64,000 nucleotides of DNA from Chthoniobacteraceae bacterium (GTDB lineage: Bacteria; Verrucomicrobiota; Verrucomicrobiia; Chthoniobacterales; Chthoniobacteraceae), in NCBI GenBank assembly GCA_031409655.1, contig JANNXQ010000032.1, forward strand, positions 1 to 64,000, written 5' to 3'. Positions 9,185 to 20,400 of this stretch are shown here, piece after piece. The notes beneath the pieces were generated by a model. It was not told the origin of the DNA and ran no database searches. It saw only the letters and a program-made list of their open reading frames with translations. The translations under genes were made by a program, and so were the position numbers. Positions within the stretch are counted from its first letter, which is position 1. Each line of letters starts with the position of its first letter.

Positions 9185-9886
9185 TCAGGCCCGCTCGGCC
9201 GTGTAGAGCGAGACAATGCCGCCGGTGAGCGGCGCGCAGTGCGCCGCGTGAAAACCGGCTTCGGCGATGAGCGCGCACATGGCGGCCCCTTGGGGGAACT
9301 TTTCGATCGAATCGCCGAGGTAGTCGTAGGCCGAGCGCTCGCCCGTGAGGAGAGCGGCGAGGCGCGGCAGGACATGGCGGAGATACGGGCGGTAAAGGTA
9401 ACGCAAGGGCGGAGGCGGGGTGGAAAAATCCAGGACGAGGAGGTGTCCGCCTGGACGCAAGACCCTGGCCATCTCGGCAAGGGCGCGCGGCCAGGATTCC
9501 ATATTGCGGAGGCCGAAGGCGACCGTGAGCGCGTGGAAGGTCGCATCTCCGAATGGCAAGCGCAGGCCATCGGCGACGATGAGATTCGGCACCCCTTTGC
9601 GCTGCGCTTCGACGAGCATCGGGTGGCAGAAGTCCGCGCCGACGACGGTCGTGGTGGGGCACGCCGCCCGGAGCGCCAGGGCGAGGTCGCCGCTGCCCGT
9701 CGCGAGATCGAGGAGCCGTGCGGGCGCCCACTTTTGCACGATCGCCGCAGCCCGTCGCCGCCAGAGGTAATCCATCCCGCCGCTGAGGAGATGATTGGCC
9801 AGATCGTAGCGCCCCGCGATCGCCGAAAACATCCCCCGCACGAAGTCGCCTTTGGATTCTTGCGCCGGAGTGGGAGGCGTTTTCAC
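9185..9886 (-). CDS. ubiE: Ubiquinone/menaquinone biosynthesis C-methyltransferase
   Basis: MFSAIAGRYDLANHLLSGG, LDLATGSGD, AFGLRN, AYDYL..SI..FP; start codon uncertain (GTG 9886 chosen). Confidence 0.85.
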   Translation of the reverse strand: MKTPPTPAQESKGDFVRGMFSAIAGRYDLANHLLSGGMDYLWRRRAAAIVQKWAPARLLDLATGSGDLALALRAACPTTTVVGADFCHPMLVEAQRKGVPNLIVADGLRLPFGDATFHALTVAFGLRNMESWPRALAEMARVLRPGGHLLVLDFSTPPPPLRYLYRPYLRHVLPRLAALLTGERSAYDYLGDSIEKFPQGAAMCALIAEAGFHAAHCAPLTGGIVSLYTAERA

Positions 9887-9909
9887 AGGATTGAGACAGT
9901 CACGGCGAA

Positions 9910-9925
9910 AGGCATACCACGTGCT
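9910..9925 (+). promoter_or_regulatory. Candidate sigma54 -24/-12 promoter
   Basis: AGGCAT-ACCAC-GTGCT (GG-N10-GC) about 30 nt upstream of ATG 9955. Confidence 0.35.
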
Positions 9926-9954
9926 CCCCTGTCCGTGTCCAACCCGGAGCGCCC

Positions 9955-11613
9955 ATGAAAGCGGTCCTGGCTCGGGAAACAAACCGCCCAATGCCCAAAA
10001 GCCTGCTGAGCAAAGCCAAGGTTCTCATTATTGATGATGAGCCGTCGAACATCCGCTTGCTCGAGCGCATCCTCGAAGTCTTCGAGACGGGCTCCATCCG
10101 GAGCGTCACCGATCCGCGCGAGGCCTTGTCCACGGTCCTCCACTACCAGCCCGATATCATCCTGCTCGATCTGAACATGCCCCACCTGGACGGCTACCGG
10201 GTGCTCGAGCAGTTCACCGATGCGATCCCCACGGAGGAGCGCCAGCCGGTGATCGTGCTCACGGCGGACATCAATCCAGAGTCGCGGCGGCGCGCGCTCT
10301 CCGCGGGCGCCAAGGATTTCCTGACGAAGCCGTTCGATCAAACCGAGGTCGCGCTGCGGATCAAGAATCTGCTCGAGACACGCTTTCTCCAACTCGAACT
10401 CCGCAAGCAGAACAACGTGCTCGAAGTCCTGGTGCAGGAGCGCACGCAACAACTTGCCTCGACGCTCGAAGAACTCCGCGCGACCCAGGAAGGCGTGGTG
10501 AAACAGGAACGCCTGAGCGCGCTCGGAATGATGGCCGGGGGCATCGCGCACGATTTTAATAACACCCTCACGATGATCCTCGGCTACGGGGAGCTGATCT
10601 TTCCGTGGGTGAAGGCGCAGGGAGGGCCGCGGGAGACGAGCTTTGTGCAGCACATCATCGCGGCGGCGCAGGACGCGACGCACATCGTCGGCCGGCTGCG
10701 CGAATTCTATCGGCCCGTGGAAAGTAACGAGGTCCGCGAACCGCTGGACGTGAATACGATCGTCGAACAGGCCGTGTCGCTGACGGCACCAAAATGGAAG
10801 GCCAAGAGCCAGGCGGATGGCATCCAGATTTCCGTGCTCACGGAGCTCCGGGAAGTGCCGCGCGTCGCGGCCTGCGGTGCCGAACTGCGGGAAGTGCTGA
10901 CGAATCTGATCTTCAACGCCGTGGACGCGATGCCGTATGGCGGCGCGATCATCATCACCACGGCGGAGGACGAGGAGGGCCGCATCGTGCTCGCCGTCTC
11001 CGACACCGGGACCGGGATGTCGGAGGAAAATCGGAAGCGCTGTCTCGAACCATTTTTCACGACCAAGGGGGAACGCGGAACGGGCCTCGGTCTTTCGGTC
11101 GTCTATGGCATCCTCCAGCGGCACGGGGCGCGTCTCGAGATCGTGAGCCAACCCGGCCACGGCACGACTTTTCACATTTCCTTCCCACCCTCAGAAATCG
11201 CAGAAGCCCCTGGCCAAAAACTTATGGAACCCGCTGCCCGCCCGCTCAATATCCTCGTCGTCGACGATCAGGAACTCATCTGTGAACTCATCGCCGAGTG
11301 CCTGAAGTGCGATGGCCACAAAACGCAAATCGCCGCGAATGGACGGGAGGCGCTCGAGATTTACCGCAAGACGGCCTTTGATCTCGTGATCACGGATCAA
11401 TCGATGCCCGGGATGAATGGCGTGCAGCTTTCGATCGCCATGAAGGAACACGCCCCGGAGACGCCGGTGATTTTGCTCACGGGTTTCGGCGAGGAGATGA
11501 ATGCGTCGGGCAGCGCGCCGGGCGGAGTGGATCTCGTGGTCGGCAAGCCAGTCAGTGCGGCGGATCTGCGCCGGTCCATCCATAGCGTGATGAGCAAAGG
11601 TGAGCCCGCGTAG
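9955..11613 (+). CDS. Cytoplasmic hybrid histidine kinase (REC-HisKA-HATPase-REC)
   Basis: IIDDE..LLDLNMP receiver; AHDFNN H-box; NLIFNAVDA, DTGTG, FFTTK, GTGLGL; second receiver VVDDQ..ITDQSMP; start 9955 or 9991. Confidence 0.92.
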   Translation: MKAVLARETNRPMPKSLLSKAKVLIIDDEPSNIRLLERILEVFETGSIRSVTDPREALSTVLHYQPDIILLDLNMPHLDGYRVLEQFTDAIPTEERQPVIVLTADINPESRRRALSAGAKDFLTKPFDQTEVALRIKNLLETRFLQLELRKQNNVLEVLVQERTQQLASTLEELRATQEGVVKQERLSALGMMAGGIAHDFNNTLTMILGYGELIFPWVKAQGGPRETSFVQHIIAAAQDATHIVGRLREFYRPVESNEVREPLDVNTIVEQAVSLTAPKWKAKSQADGIQISVLTELREVPRVAACGAELREVLTNLIFNAVDAMPYGGAIIITTAEDEEGRIVLAVSDTGTGMSEENRKRCLEPFFTTKGERGTGLGLSVVYGILQRHGARLEIVSQPGHGTTFHISFPPSEIAEAPGQKLMEPAARPLNILVVDDQELICELIAECLKCDGHKTQIAANGREALEIYRKTAFDLVITDQSMPGMNGVQLSIAMKEHAPETPVILLTGFGEEMNASGSAPGGVDLVVGKPVSAADLRRSIHSVMSKGEPA

Positions 11614-11753
11614 GGCGGGTTGAGATCCTTGTCGCGAACGACCTCAGCGCGGTCGTTTCTTTCGTTACTGCGGATGCGCCGCCATCCATTCCGGGCCAAC
11701 ACGTCCGCTTTCCGAGCACCGGGTGCCGGGCGCCGCCTCCCGAACGGAGCAGG

Positions 11754-13940
11754 CTAAGTATCGCCGTTCCGCGTGGATGAGGTGACCTCCTCGAGGCCGC
11801 TCTCGCGCTTGCGTTCTTTGCCGTAGTTCTCCGGGGCGCCGTATTTGCCGATGTATCGGTTGTAGCCGGAATTGCTGCGGAAGACGAGTTGGTTCAAGAG
11901 GACACCTGCGGGTTTGACGCCGGCATTGACGAGGGCGTCCCGCGCCCGGAGGACGCACTTGCGGGTGGTCTTAGCCGCGCGCACCACGAGGCAGACGAGT
12001 TCGGCGTGTTCCGCGATCAGGAGGACGTCGGCCACCGCGAGCACCGGGACGGTGTCGATGACGATGCGGTCGTAGTCGGCGCGGAGGATCTGGAGCATTT
12101 CACCGAAGACCGGGCTGGCGAGGAGTTCTGCGGGCTGCTGAGCGGGCGTGCCGGCGGTCATCACCGCAAGGTTCGGGACATCGGTGCGCTGGATCGCTTC
12201 AGGGCAACTGACGCGTCCTTCCAGAAAATCCGTGACGCCTGGGTGCTTCATGTCCGGCACGATCATCCGGCCAACCATGGAGACGCGGAGATCGCCGTCG
12301 ATGAGCAGGGTGCGGAGGCCTTGCTGGGCAAAGGCGATCGCGCAGTTGATGGCGCAGAAAGTTTTGCCTTCATCAGGTTCGGCGCTCGTGAAGACGACGG
12401 TGTGCCGACCGCGCGTCCCGGTGACGACCTGGAGCGAGGCCCGCAGTGAACGAAAGGCCTCCGCGACCGGCGAGGCGGGCGTCAAGTGTACGCTCAGCGC
12501 CCGCGCTTCGCGCTTGCCACTCGGATCGCGCGGGATGGCGCCGAGCACTTGGAGGCCCGTGATCTTGGTTGCCTGCTCGACGGTGCGGATAGAGCTGTCG
12601 AGCGCGTTGAGCGCGAAGCTCAGCGCGATTCCGATCCCCAGACCGGCGGCCACCGCGATGCCGAGGATCTTGGATTTTTTCGGCTGCATCGGTGCACCGG
12701 GCAGGAGCGCGCGTTCGGAGATGTTGACGTTGTTTTGCTCCACGCCCTTGGCGATCTCGGCTTCCTTGAAACGTTTGAGCATGCCGTCGTAGAGCGCGCG
12801 GTGCGTTTCCACCTCCCGCTGGAGCATATGATAGGGGATGGCCTTGGTATTCAGATCCATGCCTTCCTTCGTCTGGAGGTCCAGGGCCTCGGCGAATTTT
12901 TGTTCCGTCGCCACCGCATTTTCGAAGCTGGCCTGGATGAGCGGCGGCATCTCGGTGAGCGTTTGCTTGAGGGAATCATTCGCCTCTTTCAGCTGCAGGC
13001 GCGCCTGAATCATGTTCGGGTGCTTCTCGGTGTAACGCAGCGCCAGGCCAGCGATCGCACTCTCGATGGCTTCGATCTTGCCTTTGATGGCGGTCACCGA
13101 CGGATGTTCGGCGACCGAGATGATCTGCAGGAGTTCCTCGGGTTTGCCGACGGCTTTCCGCACCTTGTCGGTATCGGACTCCAGTCGCATCCGGCCCGCG
13201 CGGGCATCGTCGAGCGCGCCGCTCAGGCTTTTGAGCCGGGTGACAACGACGTCCTGCTTTTCATCGAGGGAGAGAAGGTTCTTGTCGGCGATGTATTTTT
13301 GGAGCGCCTCCTCGGACGCCGAGAGCAGATCCTTCAGCTTCTTGGCTTCATCGACGAGAAACTGAATGCCCAGCGCAGAGTTGGCGTTGCGGAGGGCAAA
13401 GGACTGCCTGATGTGCTCCTCCGACATGGCATCCGCGAGCCGGGCAGCGACGCGCGGGTCGCTGTGCATCACGCTCACCTCGATGAAAGGCGTGCCGCGC
13501 CGGGGCATGACCATCTGCATCCCGGCAAGCGCGTCCACAGCCGTATCGATGGCGTGGGGCTTCCCGTCCGGCAAGGGCGGGAGGAAAAGTGGATCGGTGG
13601 TCAGCTTATGGGCCTCGACCACGTGGACCAGGAAGGCGCGATTCTTGAACCGCGCGACGATGGCGTCGGCTAGCTCGCCGACGCCCAGCGAGGCTGGCTG
13701 CACTCCTTCAAAAGACAGCAGCCGCAGCGGCTGCGTGTTGATCTCCATAACCGTGGTGGCGAGGAAAGTGCGGGGCATGCGCGAGATGTAGGCGATGCCA
13801 GCAAAGATGCCGACGAGCGTGAAGAGCACGATCAGCCAGAGATGCTCGCGGAGGACATTGAGGATCTGCCCGAAATCAATGCCGCCCTCGGCAGACTCGC
13901 CGAGTTCATCGCTCACCGGAGTGGAGGCGCCGTTTTTCAT
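11754..13940 (-). CDS. wzc: Polysaccharide co-polymerase / tyrosine autokinase (Wzc/GumC)
   Basis: Two TMs flanking a coiled-coil periplasmic region (YTEKHP), Walker A SAEPDEGKT, LIDGDLR, IVIDT, Tyr-containing C-terminus. Confidence 0.9.
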   Translation of the reverse strand: MKNGASTPVSDELGESAEGGIDFGQILNVLREHLWLIVLFTLVGIFAGIAYISRMPRTFLATTVMEINTQPLRLLSFEGVQPASLGVGELADAIVARFKNRAFLVHVVEAHKLTTDPLFLPPLPDGKPHAIDTAVDALAGMQMVMPRRGTPFIEVSVMHSDPRVAARLADAMSEEHIRQSFALRNANSALGIQFLVDEAKKLKDLLSASEEALQKYIADKNLLSLDEKQDVVVTRLKSLSGALDDARAGRMRLESDTDKVRKAVGKPEELLQIISVAEHPSVTAIKGKIEAIESAIAGLALRYTEKHPNMIQARLQLKEANDSLKQTLTEMPPLIQASFENAVATEQKFAEALDLQTKEGMDLNTKAIPYHMLQREVETHRALYDGMLKRFKEAEIAKGVEQNNVNISERALLPGAPMQPKKSKILGIAVAAGLGIGIALSFALNALDSSIRTVEQATKITGLQVLGAIPRDPSGKREARALSVHLTPASPVAEAFRSLRASLQVVTGTRGRHTVVFTSAEPDEGKTFCAINCAIAFAQQGLRTLLIDGDLRVSMVGRMIVPDMKHPGVTDFLEGRVSCPEAIQRTDVPNLAVMTAGTPAQQPAELLASPVFGEMLQILRADYDRIVIDTVPVLAVADVLLIAEHAELVCLVVRAAKTTRKCVLRARDALVNAGVKPAGVLLNQLVFRSNSGYNRYIGKYGAPENYGKERKRESGLEEVTSSTRNGDT

Positions 13941-13942
13941 CT

Positions 13943-14635
13943 TCAAAAGAGCCGCTCGCCGACCGTGATCGTATCCCCGGGCTCGACGAGCGGGCGCTCA
14001 CTGGAGTCGTTTTCACTCATGCTCTTGGCATCGATCTTGATAATCTGCTCCTGGCCATTCTTGGTCCGTTTGATCGTGATCTTGTTACTCGCGATGCGCG
14101 AGAAGCCGCCCGCCATGCCGATCGCTTCGGTGATGTTCACGCTCGTCTCGTCGGGCAACTCATAGGTGCCTGGCTTGTTCACCTGGCCGAGGATGGTGAT
14201 CCGCCGCTTGGTGTATTGGACGATGGTCAGCGAGACCTGTGGCTTGACGAGATACTCGCGCAGCGCGGCCTCGAGAGTCTTCGCGGCGTCGCGGATATTC
14301 TGCCCGGCGATGCGCACGAGGCCCACCATCGGCACGATGATCTGCCCGTCTTTGTCGATGCGCGTGGTGGTCGTGAGTTCTGCTTCACCAAAGACGACGA
14401 CATTCACGACATCATGAGCAGTGAGCTTGTAGCTCAGGGTGGGCACCGCTGACGGTGTGACTTTGGTCGCCCGTGGGATCGGTCTGCCGTTCTGCGCGCA
14501 AGCCGCCGTCGGAAAAAGGAAGCCGAGCAGCGCCAGGGCGAGCAAGCAGCCGCTCAGCATCCCGACCGCAGCGCGGGCCTGCGGTAGGCGGAGAGATCGA
14601 GGCAAGATTGACGTGGAAGAAGGCAATGAGTCCAT
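13943..14635 (-). CDS. Polysaccharide export OPX protein (short Wza-like: Poly_export + SLBB)
   Basis: YKL..HDVV.V.VFGE, DGQI.VP.VG.V..AG, GQVNKPG.Y, AIGMAGG, PGDTI.V.ER.F. Confidence 0.87.
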   Translation of the reverse strand: MDSLPSSTSILPRSLRLPQARAAVGMLSGCLLALALLGFLFPTAACAQNGRPIPRATKVTPSAVPTLSYKLTAHDVVNVVVFGEAELTTTTRIDKDGQIIVPMVGLVRIAGQNIRDAAKTLEAALREYLVKPQVSLTIVQYTKRRITILGQVNKPGTYELPDETSVNITEAIGMAGGFSRIASNKITIKRTKNGQEQIIKIDAKSMSENDSSERPLVEPGDTITVGERLF

Positions 14636-14658
14636 GGCGACACCGGCAAGTGTTCCTC

Positions 14659-16713
14659 TCAAAAAGCGATGCTCATCTGAGCGCCCATCCGGTCGCGGCG
14701 GAAATCGCGAGCGTTCTGTCCACCCGAAGAGTTTTGGCTGAATTCATAAAAGACGCCGAAGCTGCAGCGGTTGAAAGCATGCCACTGAAGTCCGAAGCGC
14801 GCAAAGATGAAGTCGTCCTCGCGGGTGGCTTCGACGCCCTCGCCGGCGGAGGTGTAACTGAGATTTTCATACCCAGCCGTGACGAAGGCGACGAAGCGAA
14901 TGCCGAGCTGCTGCCGCAGACCGAACGTGAGACCAGTGGAGGTGTAGTTCTGGTCGGTAAAGACCACCGAGCTAAAGATCCGGCGATGCACGCCGAAGGT
15001 GATGTCCGTCCCCTGCCACACCGCCCATTTGGCATCGAGCCCGTAAGTCGGCGAGAGGGAACTGCCGGAACTCGCGAAACGGTTCACGCCGAGGCCGAAG
15101 TTTCCCGAGAAGGTGAGCTTGCCTGTGGCCACATACGTGGCACTCAGCGAGGCCACGGGATTCAAGGAGTCCGACTCTCCGTCGCTGAACTGATAGAAGC
15201 CGACGCCGAGACTTCCTTCGACCGTGAGCTTGCCGGTGGCGACCCAGTTCGCCCGCAGGGTGAAGGTCTGCGAGTCCTGCGAGCGCCCTTCCTCGACCTC
15301 GGTCGCGCTGGCCCCGACGCCGAGCCCGATGCTCAGCTTTGGCGAGTAGTGGTAGTTTGCATAGCCCTGCACCGAGTAATCTTGGGAACCGATCAAGTCT
15401 TCGTAGTAGGAGCGGCGGTAGTCGGCGTTGAGATCGAAAGAGAATTTGTCCGAATACTGAAAGCGGGATTCGGCACCGACGCGGTAGGCGGTCCGATTCA
15501 CGCGATCGGTGGCGTCGATGCTCGTGCCGGTGTCGTTTTCCACCCCGACGTTCAAGCCTAGCGAGAGTCGGCTGCCTTTGTAGTCGAGCTCGAGCCGGCC
15601 GTTGTGATTGAAGGAGTTTTCCTCGGCGTTCTCCGTGAAAAAGACGGCGCCAAAAGTATAGTCCGCGAGCAGGTAGAGGGCGGTCTGGTCATTGCCGAGC
15701 CGCGCCGTCACGCCGGGCGAGACATTGACGACGAAGTCACTCTCCTGGCCTTTTTCAGAGAGGAAGACGTTCCCATCGTAGAGCGAGGTGAGGCTCAGGT
15801 GCGGGTTCACGGCCCAGGCGCCTTTGGCGTTAATCCTGCCGGTGAATTCCGAGATGTTTTCCGTGCCGAAAAGCGGGCCTTGCAGTTGCGCCAGATCCCA
15901 GGGAGCATCGGTGTTTCGCAATTTCAACTCCGTATTCGGCTCGGGGTTCAGTTCCGCGGTGGCCGGCGGCGGCGTCTCTGGCTCTGGCTCGACCGGCGAG
16001 ACCCGACCGCCGCGGGACGTTTCCCACGGCAGCGTCAAGGGTGAGGTCGGCGAGTCCGCATTGGGAAAAAGCTCCGGCTTCGCGACCTCGGCAGGTTCGG
16101 GTTTTGGCAAGGGCACATCCGTCTCAGTGATCGGCGGCGGGATCACCTGCGGCTGCATCGCATTCTGGATCGGCACCAGTGGCACATCGCCAAGCCACGG
16201 GCCGATGCCGGGCTGGAGGAGCGTCGGGCGCTCCGCAAGATCGCGATCCCGCAAATCCATCTTCGCCGCACTAAAAGTCTGCGGAGGGACGGCGTCTTTC
16301 GGAGCTGGCGGCGGCGGCGCTTCTGGAGGAGCCTCTCCCGCCGGTGACTCCGCGGTGCCGCGCACTTGGGGAAGTTGCGTCCGGAAAGCGGGCTTCACCA
16401 CGGCCTCTGGCTCTGCCTCATCCGCAGACTTCGGCGGGGCGACCTGAGCGAGATGGAACACGGCCAGGGAACGCAAGCGCTCATCCGACCGATTCAGGAT
16501 ATAGACTGGCTCCGTCCATCTCGGGAGGAGCCCGAAATTCTCCAGATCGATGGACTCGCCCTCCGCCTCGATGCTGAAAGGCTCAGCCTCTTCGATCAAG
16601 CGGCCCGCTCGCGCCGGTGCCGCGATGCCGACGATGCTCGCGCTGACGGCCAGCGCCACGATCGAGCGATGCACCTGCGCCCACGACATCAACACCCGGA
16701 CCTTCCGCGCCAT
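14659..16713 (-). CDS. Outer-membrane beta-barrel (BBP2-like) with long Pro-rich N-terminal extension
   Basis: Signal peptide; YDGNVF...ESDF...SPG motif; alternating beta-strand pattern; terminal Phe; directly upstream of OPX and wzc. Confidence 0.75.
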   Translation of the reverse strand: MARKVRVLMSWAQVHRSIVALAVSASIVGIAAPARAGRLIEEAEPFSIEAEGESIDLENFGLLPRWTEPVYILNRSDERLRSLAVFHLAQVAPPKSADEAEPEAVVKPAFRTQLPQVRGTAESPAGEAPPEAPPPPAPKDAVPPQTFSAAKMDLRDRDLAERPTLLQPGIGPWLGDVPLVPIQNAMQPQVIPPPITETDVPLPKPEPAEVAKPELFPNADSPTSPLTLPWETSRGGRVSPVEPEPETPPPATAELNPEPNTELKLRNTDAPWDLAQLQGPLFGTENISEFTGRINAKGAWAVNPHLSLTSLYDGNVFLSEKGQESDFVVNVSPGVTARLGNDQTALYLLADYTFGAVFFTENAEENSFNHNGRLELDYKGSRLSLGLNVGVENDTGTSIDATDRVNRTAYRVGAESRFQYSDKFSFDLNADYRRSYYEDLIGSQDYSVQGYANYHYSPKLSIGLGVGASATEVEEGRSQDSQTFTLRANWVATGKLTVEGSLGVGFYQFSDGESDSLNPVASLSATYVATGKLTFSGNFGLGVNRFASSGSSLSPTYGLDAKWAVWQGTDITFGVHRRIFSSVVFTDQNYTSTGLTFGLRQQLGIRFVAFVTAGYENLSYTSAGEGVEATREDDFIFARFGLQWHAFNRCSFGVFYEFSQNSSGGQNARDFRRDRMGAQMSIAF

Positions 16714-17165
16714 CACCGTGACTCCGGCGACACCACCGGCGGATCCACATTCGCTGGGTTCGCAGGCGCCAGGATTCCGCGCGTTTGGGATCGCCGTTCC
16801 GGCAGGACCTCGGTGCTCCGCGGTCCATCGCCACGGGCCACCCGCAACCGGCTTTCCTCTCCCGCGACCGGCTCCAGCAGTTCTTTCCCGTCCTTCGCAT
16901 CGACGACCTCTTTTCCTCCTGCACCCTCACCCTTCCGCGTTTCGGCGGACTCAGCGTGATCCGCCTCCTTCGATTTGGGTTGAGACACCGTCGCCCGCGC
17001 CTTGATCGACTCCGAAGCCGAGCGTTCGGAAATCGCTCCCGGTGTGGGAGATTTCGTAGCGGCGGCCGATTCCGAGGTCCGATTACCCCCGACCAAACCG
17101 CTCGAATACATCAGGAGCAGTGACAAGTTAAAAACGATCGCGAGAATGATGGTTGCAGACTTCAT
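16713..17165 (-). CDS. Hypothetical membrane-anchored protein
   Basis: MKSATIILAIVFNLSLLLMYS anchor then low-complexity region; stop overlaps the next ATG (TGATG). Confidence 0.55.
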   Translation of the reverse strand: MKSATIILAIVFNLSLLLMYSSGLVGGNRTSESAAATKSPTPGAISERSASESIKARATVSQPKSKEADHAESAETRKGEGAGGKEVVDAKDGKELLEPVAGEESRLRVARGDGPRSTEVLPERRSQTRGILAPANPANVDPPVVSPESR

Positions 17166-17402
17166 GTAAAAAGGTGCCGAGCTCGCTTTTCGCGCGGGCC
17201 TACAATTAAGGAAAGCGTATCCCAGGCCACCAAACCGAGGCAACTGCAATCCCTCGACATTTTCGTCATCCAACGGCTCGTTGCCGCTCGCACCATCGTC
17301 CTACAAGGGCACTCCGCGACGCCTTCTGGCCAGTCTCACAGACTGCGAGCCGCTCGCCTCTAGGCTTGATCGAAAGCGCCCGGAGTGTTTTGATAAAAAG
17401 TT

Positions 17403-20400
17403 ATGCGCTTCAATACTCTGAAACGGCTCCTGAGTGCCCTCCAGAATCGCCCTTCTAACCCGTTCCGGGATTGGCGTTTTTGCGCGTCGCTCTGCCTCTT
17501 TTCCCTTTTGATTCCGGCCGCTTCGGCCTGGCAATTTAACGCTCCACCCAACGCGGCCGGCGTCACTTCTGACCGGAGGAACAACATTTTTTTTGTCGGA
17601 GAAAAGATCCTCCTCAAGGTCTTCGGCACCTCGGCCATCCGCTACACCATCCGCGATTACTACGGGAACATCGTGGAAGCCGGTCCGCTCACGACGGACT
17701 TCGTGAGCCTGAAGGACGACGCCAACTACGAATTTGTGAACAGCTCGCGCTTCTTCCTGCCCGCGGTCACCGCACCGGGCTGGTACAAACTCTACTTGCA
17801 TGGCGCTCAAAGCGTCGCTCCCTGGGGCGATATCGTGGGCGGGTCGATGTTCGTCATCTTCCGCAATACGCCGGGGTTCCCCTCCGTGCCGGCGCGGGGC
17901 ACGACGTCCGGGACCGAGCCTTTCAATGATAACGTCCTCCGCGGCGTCACTGGCAGCGGTCCCGCCCGGCACAAGATGGCGGCGTTTCAGGACGCCAATA
18001 ACGGCAATCAGAATCCGACGGCCGCGGACCATACCGCCGCCATCGCCCGCACCATCGCAGAGCGGACGCAGGACATCGCCCAGGACAAGACTTACTACAC
18101 GCCCTTCGATCCCTATCGCCAGCGGGTGTTACTTGGGGCCTTTGATTCTGGAACGCCTCCCGTGGCCATGCCCGGCGTGACCCAAATCGTCCAGCATTTC
18201 CAAAACGACATCGAAGTCTGGGAAGGGAGAAACGAACCCAACTTCTTTCTCACAGGCAGCGCCTATGCCGCCGAATTCCTAGCGATGCGGAATGCCATCA
18301 AGAGCGTAAACCCTGCGTTGAAAGTGATCGGCCCCGGCGCCGTAGGCATCCGGCCTTGGTCGAATGAACTCTACTACATCCAGAATTTCCTGGCCGCCGG
18401 CGGCGGCAATGCCATCGACGGCTTTTCCTTTCATCCCTACAATAGCTTCCTCGGCGACCCCTTCCTCGCGCGCAAATGCATGGACGAACTCGTCGCCTTG
18501 CTGACCCAATACGGCCAGCAAAACAAAGAACGCTGGCAGACCGAGCAAGGCGTCGCCGCGACGTTCTTTGGCTCCTTTCAGCCACGGACCCAGGGGCGTT
18601 GGGTCATGCTCATGTTCATGTTGCTCGAGCAATATGGCATCCCCAAGGAACATAACTACCTCTGGTATGAGCGCGCGGGCGATTTTAACATCCCGGCTTG
18701 GTGGGTGAACCCGGATGGAACGATGTTTCCCGTCGCGAACCTCCTGCGGGTCTGGGCGGAAGAGTTATACGGCACGCGTTACTTGCAGTCCCTCGATTTC
18801 GGCCCGGTGGGGAACAAGCTCTACCTCGGCTCTCTTTTCACCGGCCCCGGCAAAAAGGTGGCCGCCATCATGAGTTCCGGCAGCACCGATGGTCAGGTGC
18901 GCCTCCAAACCTCGGATGCCACGGTGCATGTCACCACGCCTTTTGGCGAAGAGCGGGATCTTCCTACCGTGGGAGGTTACGTCCGCTTGCCCGTCTCCGA
19001 GTTGCCCACTTATGTGCGCTTTACTGGCAGCCTCTCCGTCGTGCCGATCGATTGGGGTCAAAACATCGCGCGCCTCCCTGGAACCACCGTGACCACCTCA
19101 GGCACCGGAGCCCATCCGGTGGAGTACAACCCGCCGATCCCGAACTCCCCCACCAAGATCATCAATGGCATCTTCGAGAACCACTACTATCTCGAAGACT
19201 ACAACCTCAACAACAAAGTCTGGGTTGACGACACCGAGATCGTGCCTAACGAGCCATCCTTCCCGGCCTGGGTGCAGATCAACTTACCCGCGCTCACCGC
19301 GCTGGACCGCGTCGTCATCTACTCCGGCGTGCCTTACCAGTGGGATGGGACGCTCCTCGATTACGACCTGCAATATCACGACGGCACCCAGTGGGTCACC
19401 CTGCAGACTGTCTTCGAACCCACCAAGAGCTTCCTGGCTTATACCCAGTCCTGCTGGACCAGCCTGGATTGCTTCTTCAGCGAGCGCTGGGTCTTTCAGC
19501 ATTCTTTCCCCTCCGTCACGACAAACAAGATTCGCATCTTCGTGCGCGACTGCACTTGGGGCGGCGGTGCGACCTACGCGGTCCGGGAAGCGGGTGGCTG
19601 GACGGGCGAGCGTCACGTCAACCTCCGCGAAGTGGAGATTTACAACAGCAACAGCACCGACCCGGCAAACCAAACGCCAACCGCTGGCCATGATACCGCC
19701 AGCACCGAGCGCGACGCCGTGGATATCCGCGTGCTTCTCAATGACTCGGACACGGATTCCTGGCCCCACCCGATCCGCATCGGCAGCGTCTCCACTCCGG
19801 CGCATGGCCGGGCGGCCATCGTCGGCGACAAGGTCCGCTACACGCCAAGTTGGAATTTCACTGGCACCGATGTCTTTACTTACACCGTGACGGACGGCCT
19901 CGCCTTGGCCACCGGGACCATCACCGTCTCCGCGAATGCCGGCAATCCGCCAAAAGCTTCGGGCTGGCTCAATCTAAAGGCTGAGTATTTCTCCGACCAG
20001 ACCTTCACCAACCTCGTCGCCACTGATTACAGCCCGGGCATCATTAACTTCTTCAAGGAGTGGCCCCAGGCGGGACCCTACGGGACGAACGGGCAGAATT
20101 TTGGGATCCGCTGGTCTGGACAGATCAAACCCGCCTACACCGGCGGATATACCCTGACGACTTACTCCGACGATCGAGCCCGAGTCCGGATCGACGGGCA
20201 ACTGGTCATCGACGACTGGGTGCCCCATTCGCCCTTCCTCGCCCGCAAGTCGGTCCTCCTCGAAGCCGGCCGCACTTACAATGTGCAGGTCGATTATACC
20301 GAGGGAGGGGGTAACTCCGTGATGCAGTTCCAGTGGTCGTACTTCCTCCAAACCTCGGACGCTTTCGTCCCGCTCGCTCCCACCGAGACCTGGCGCCGGA

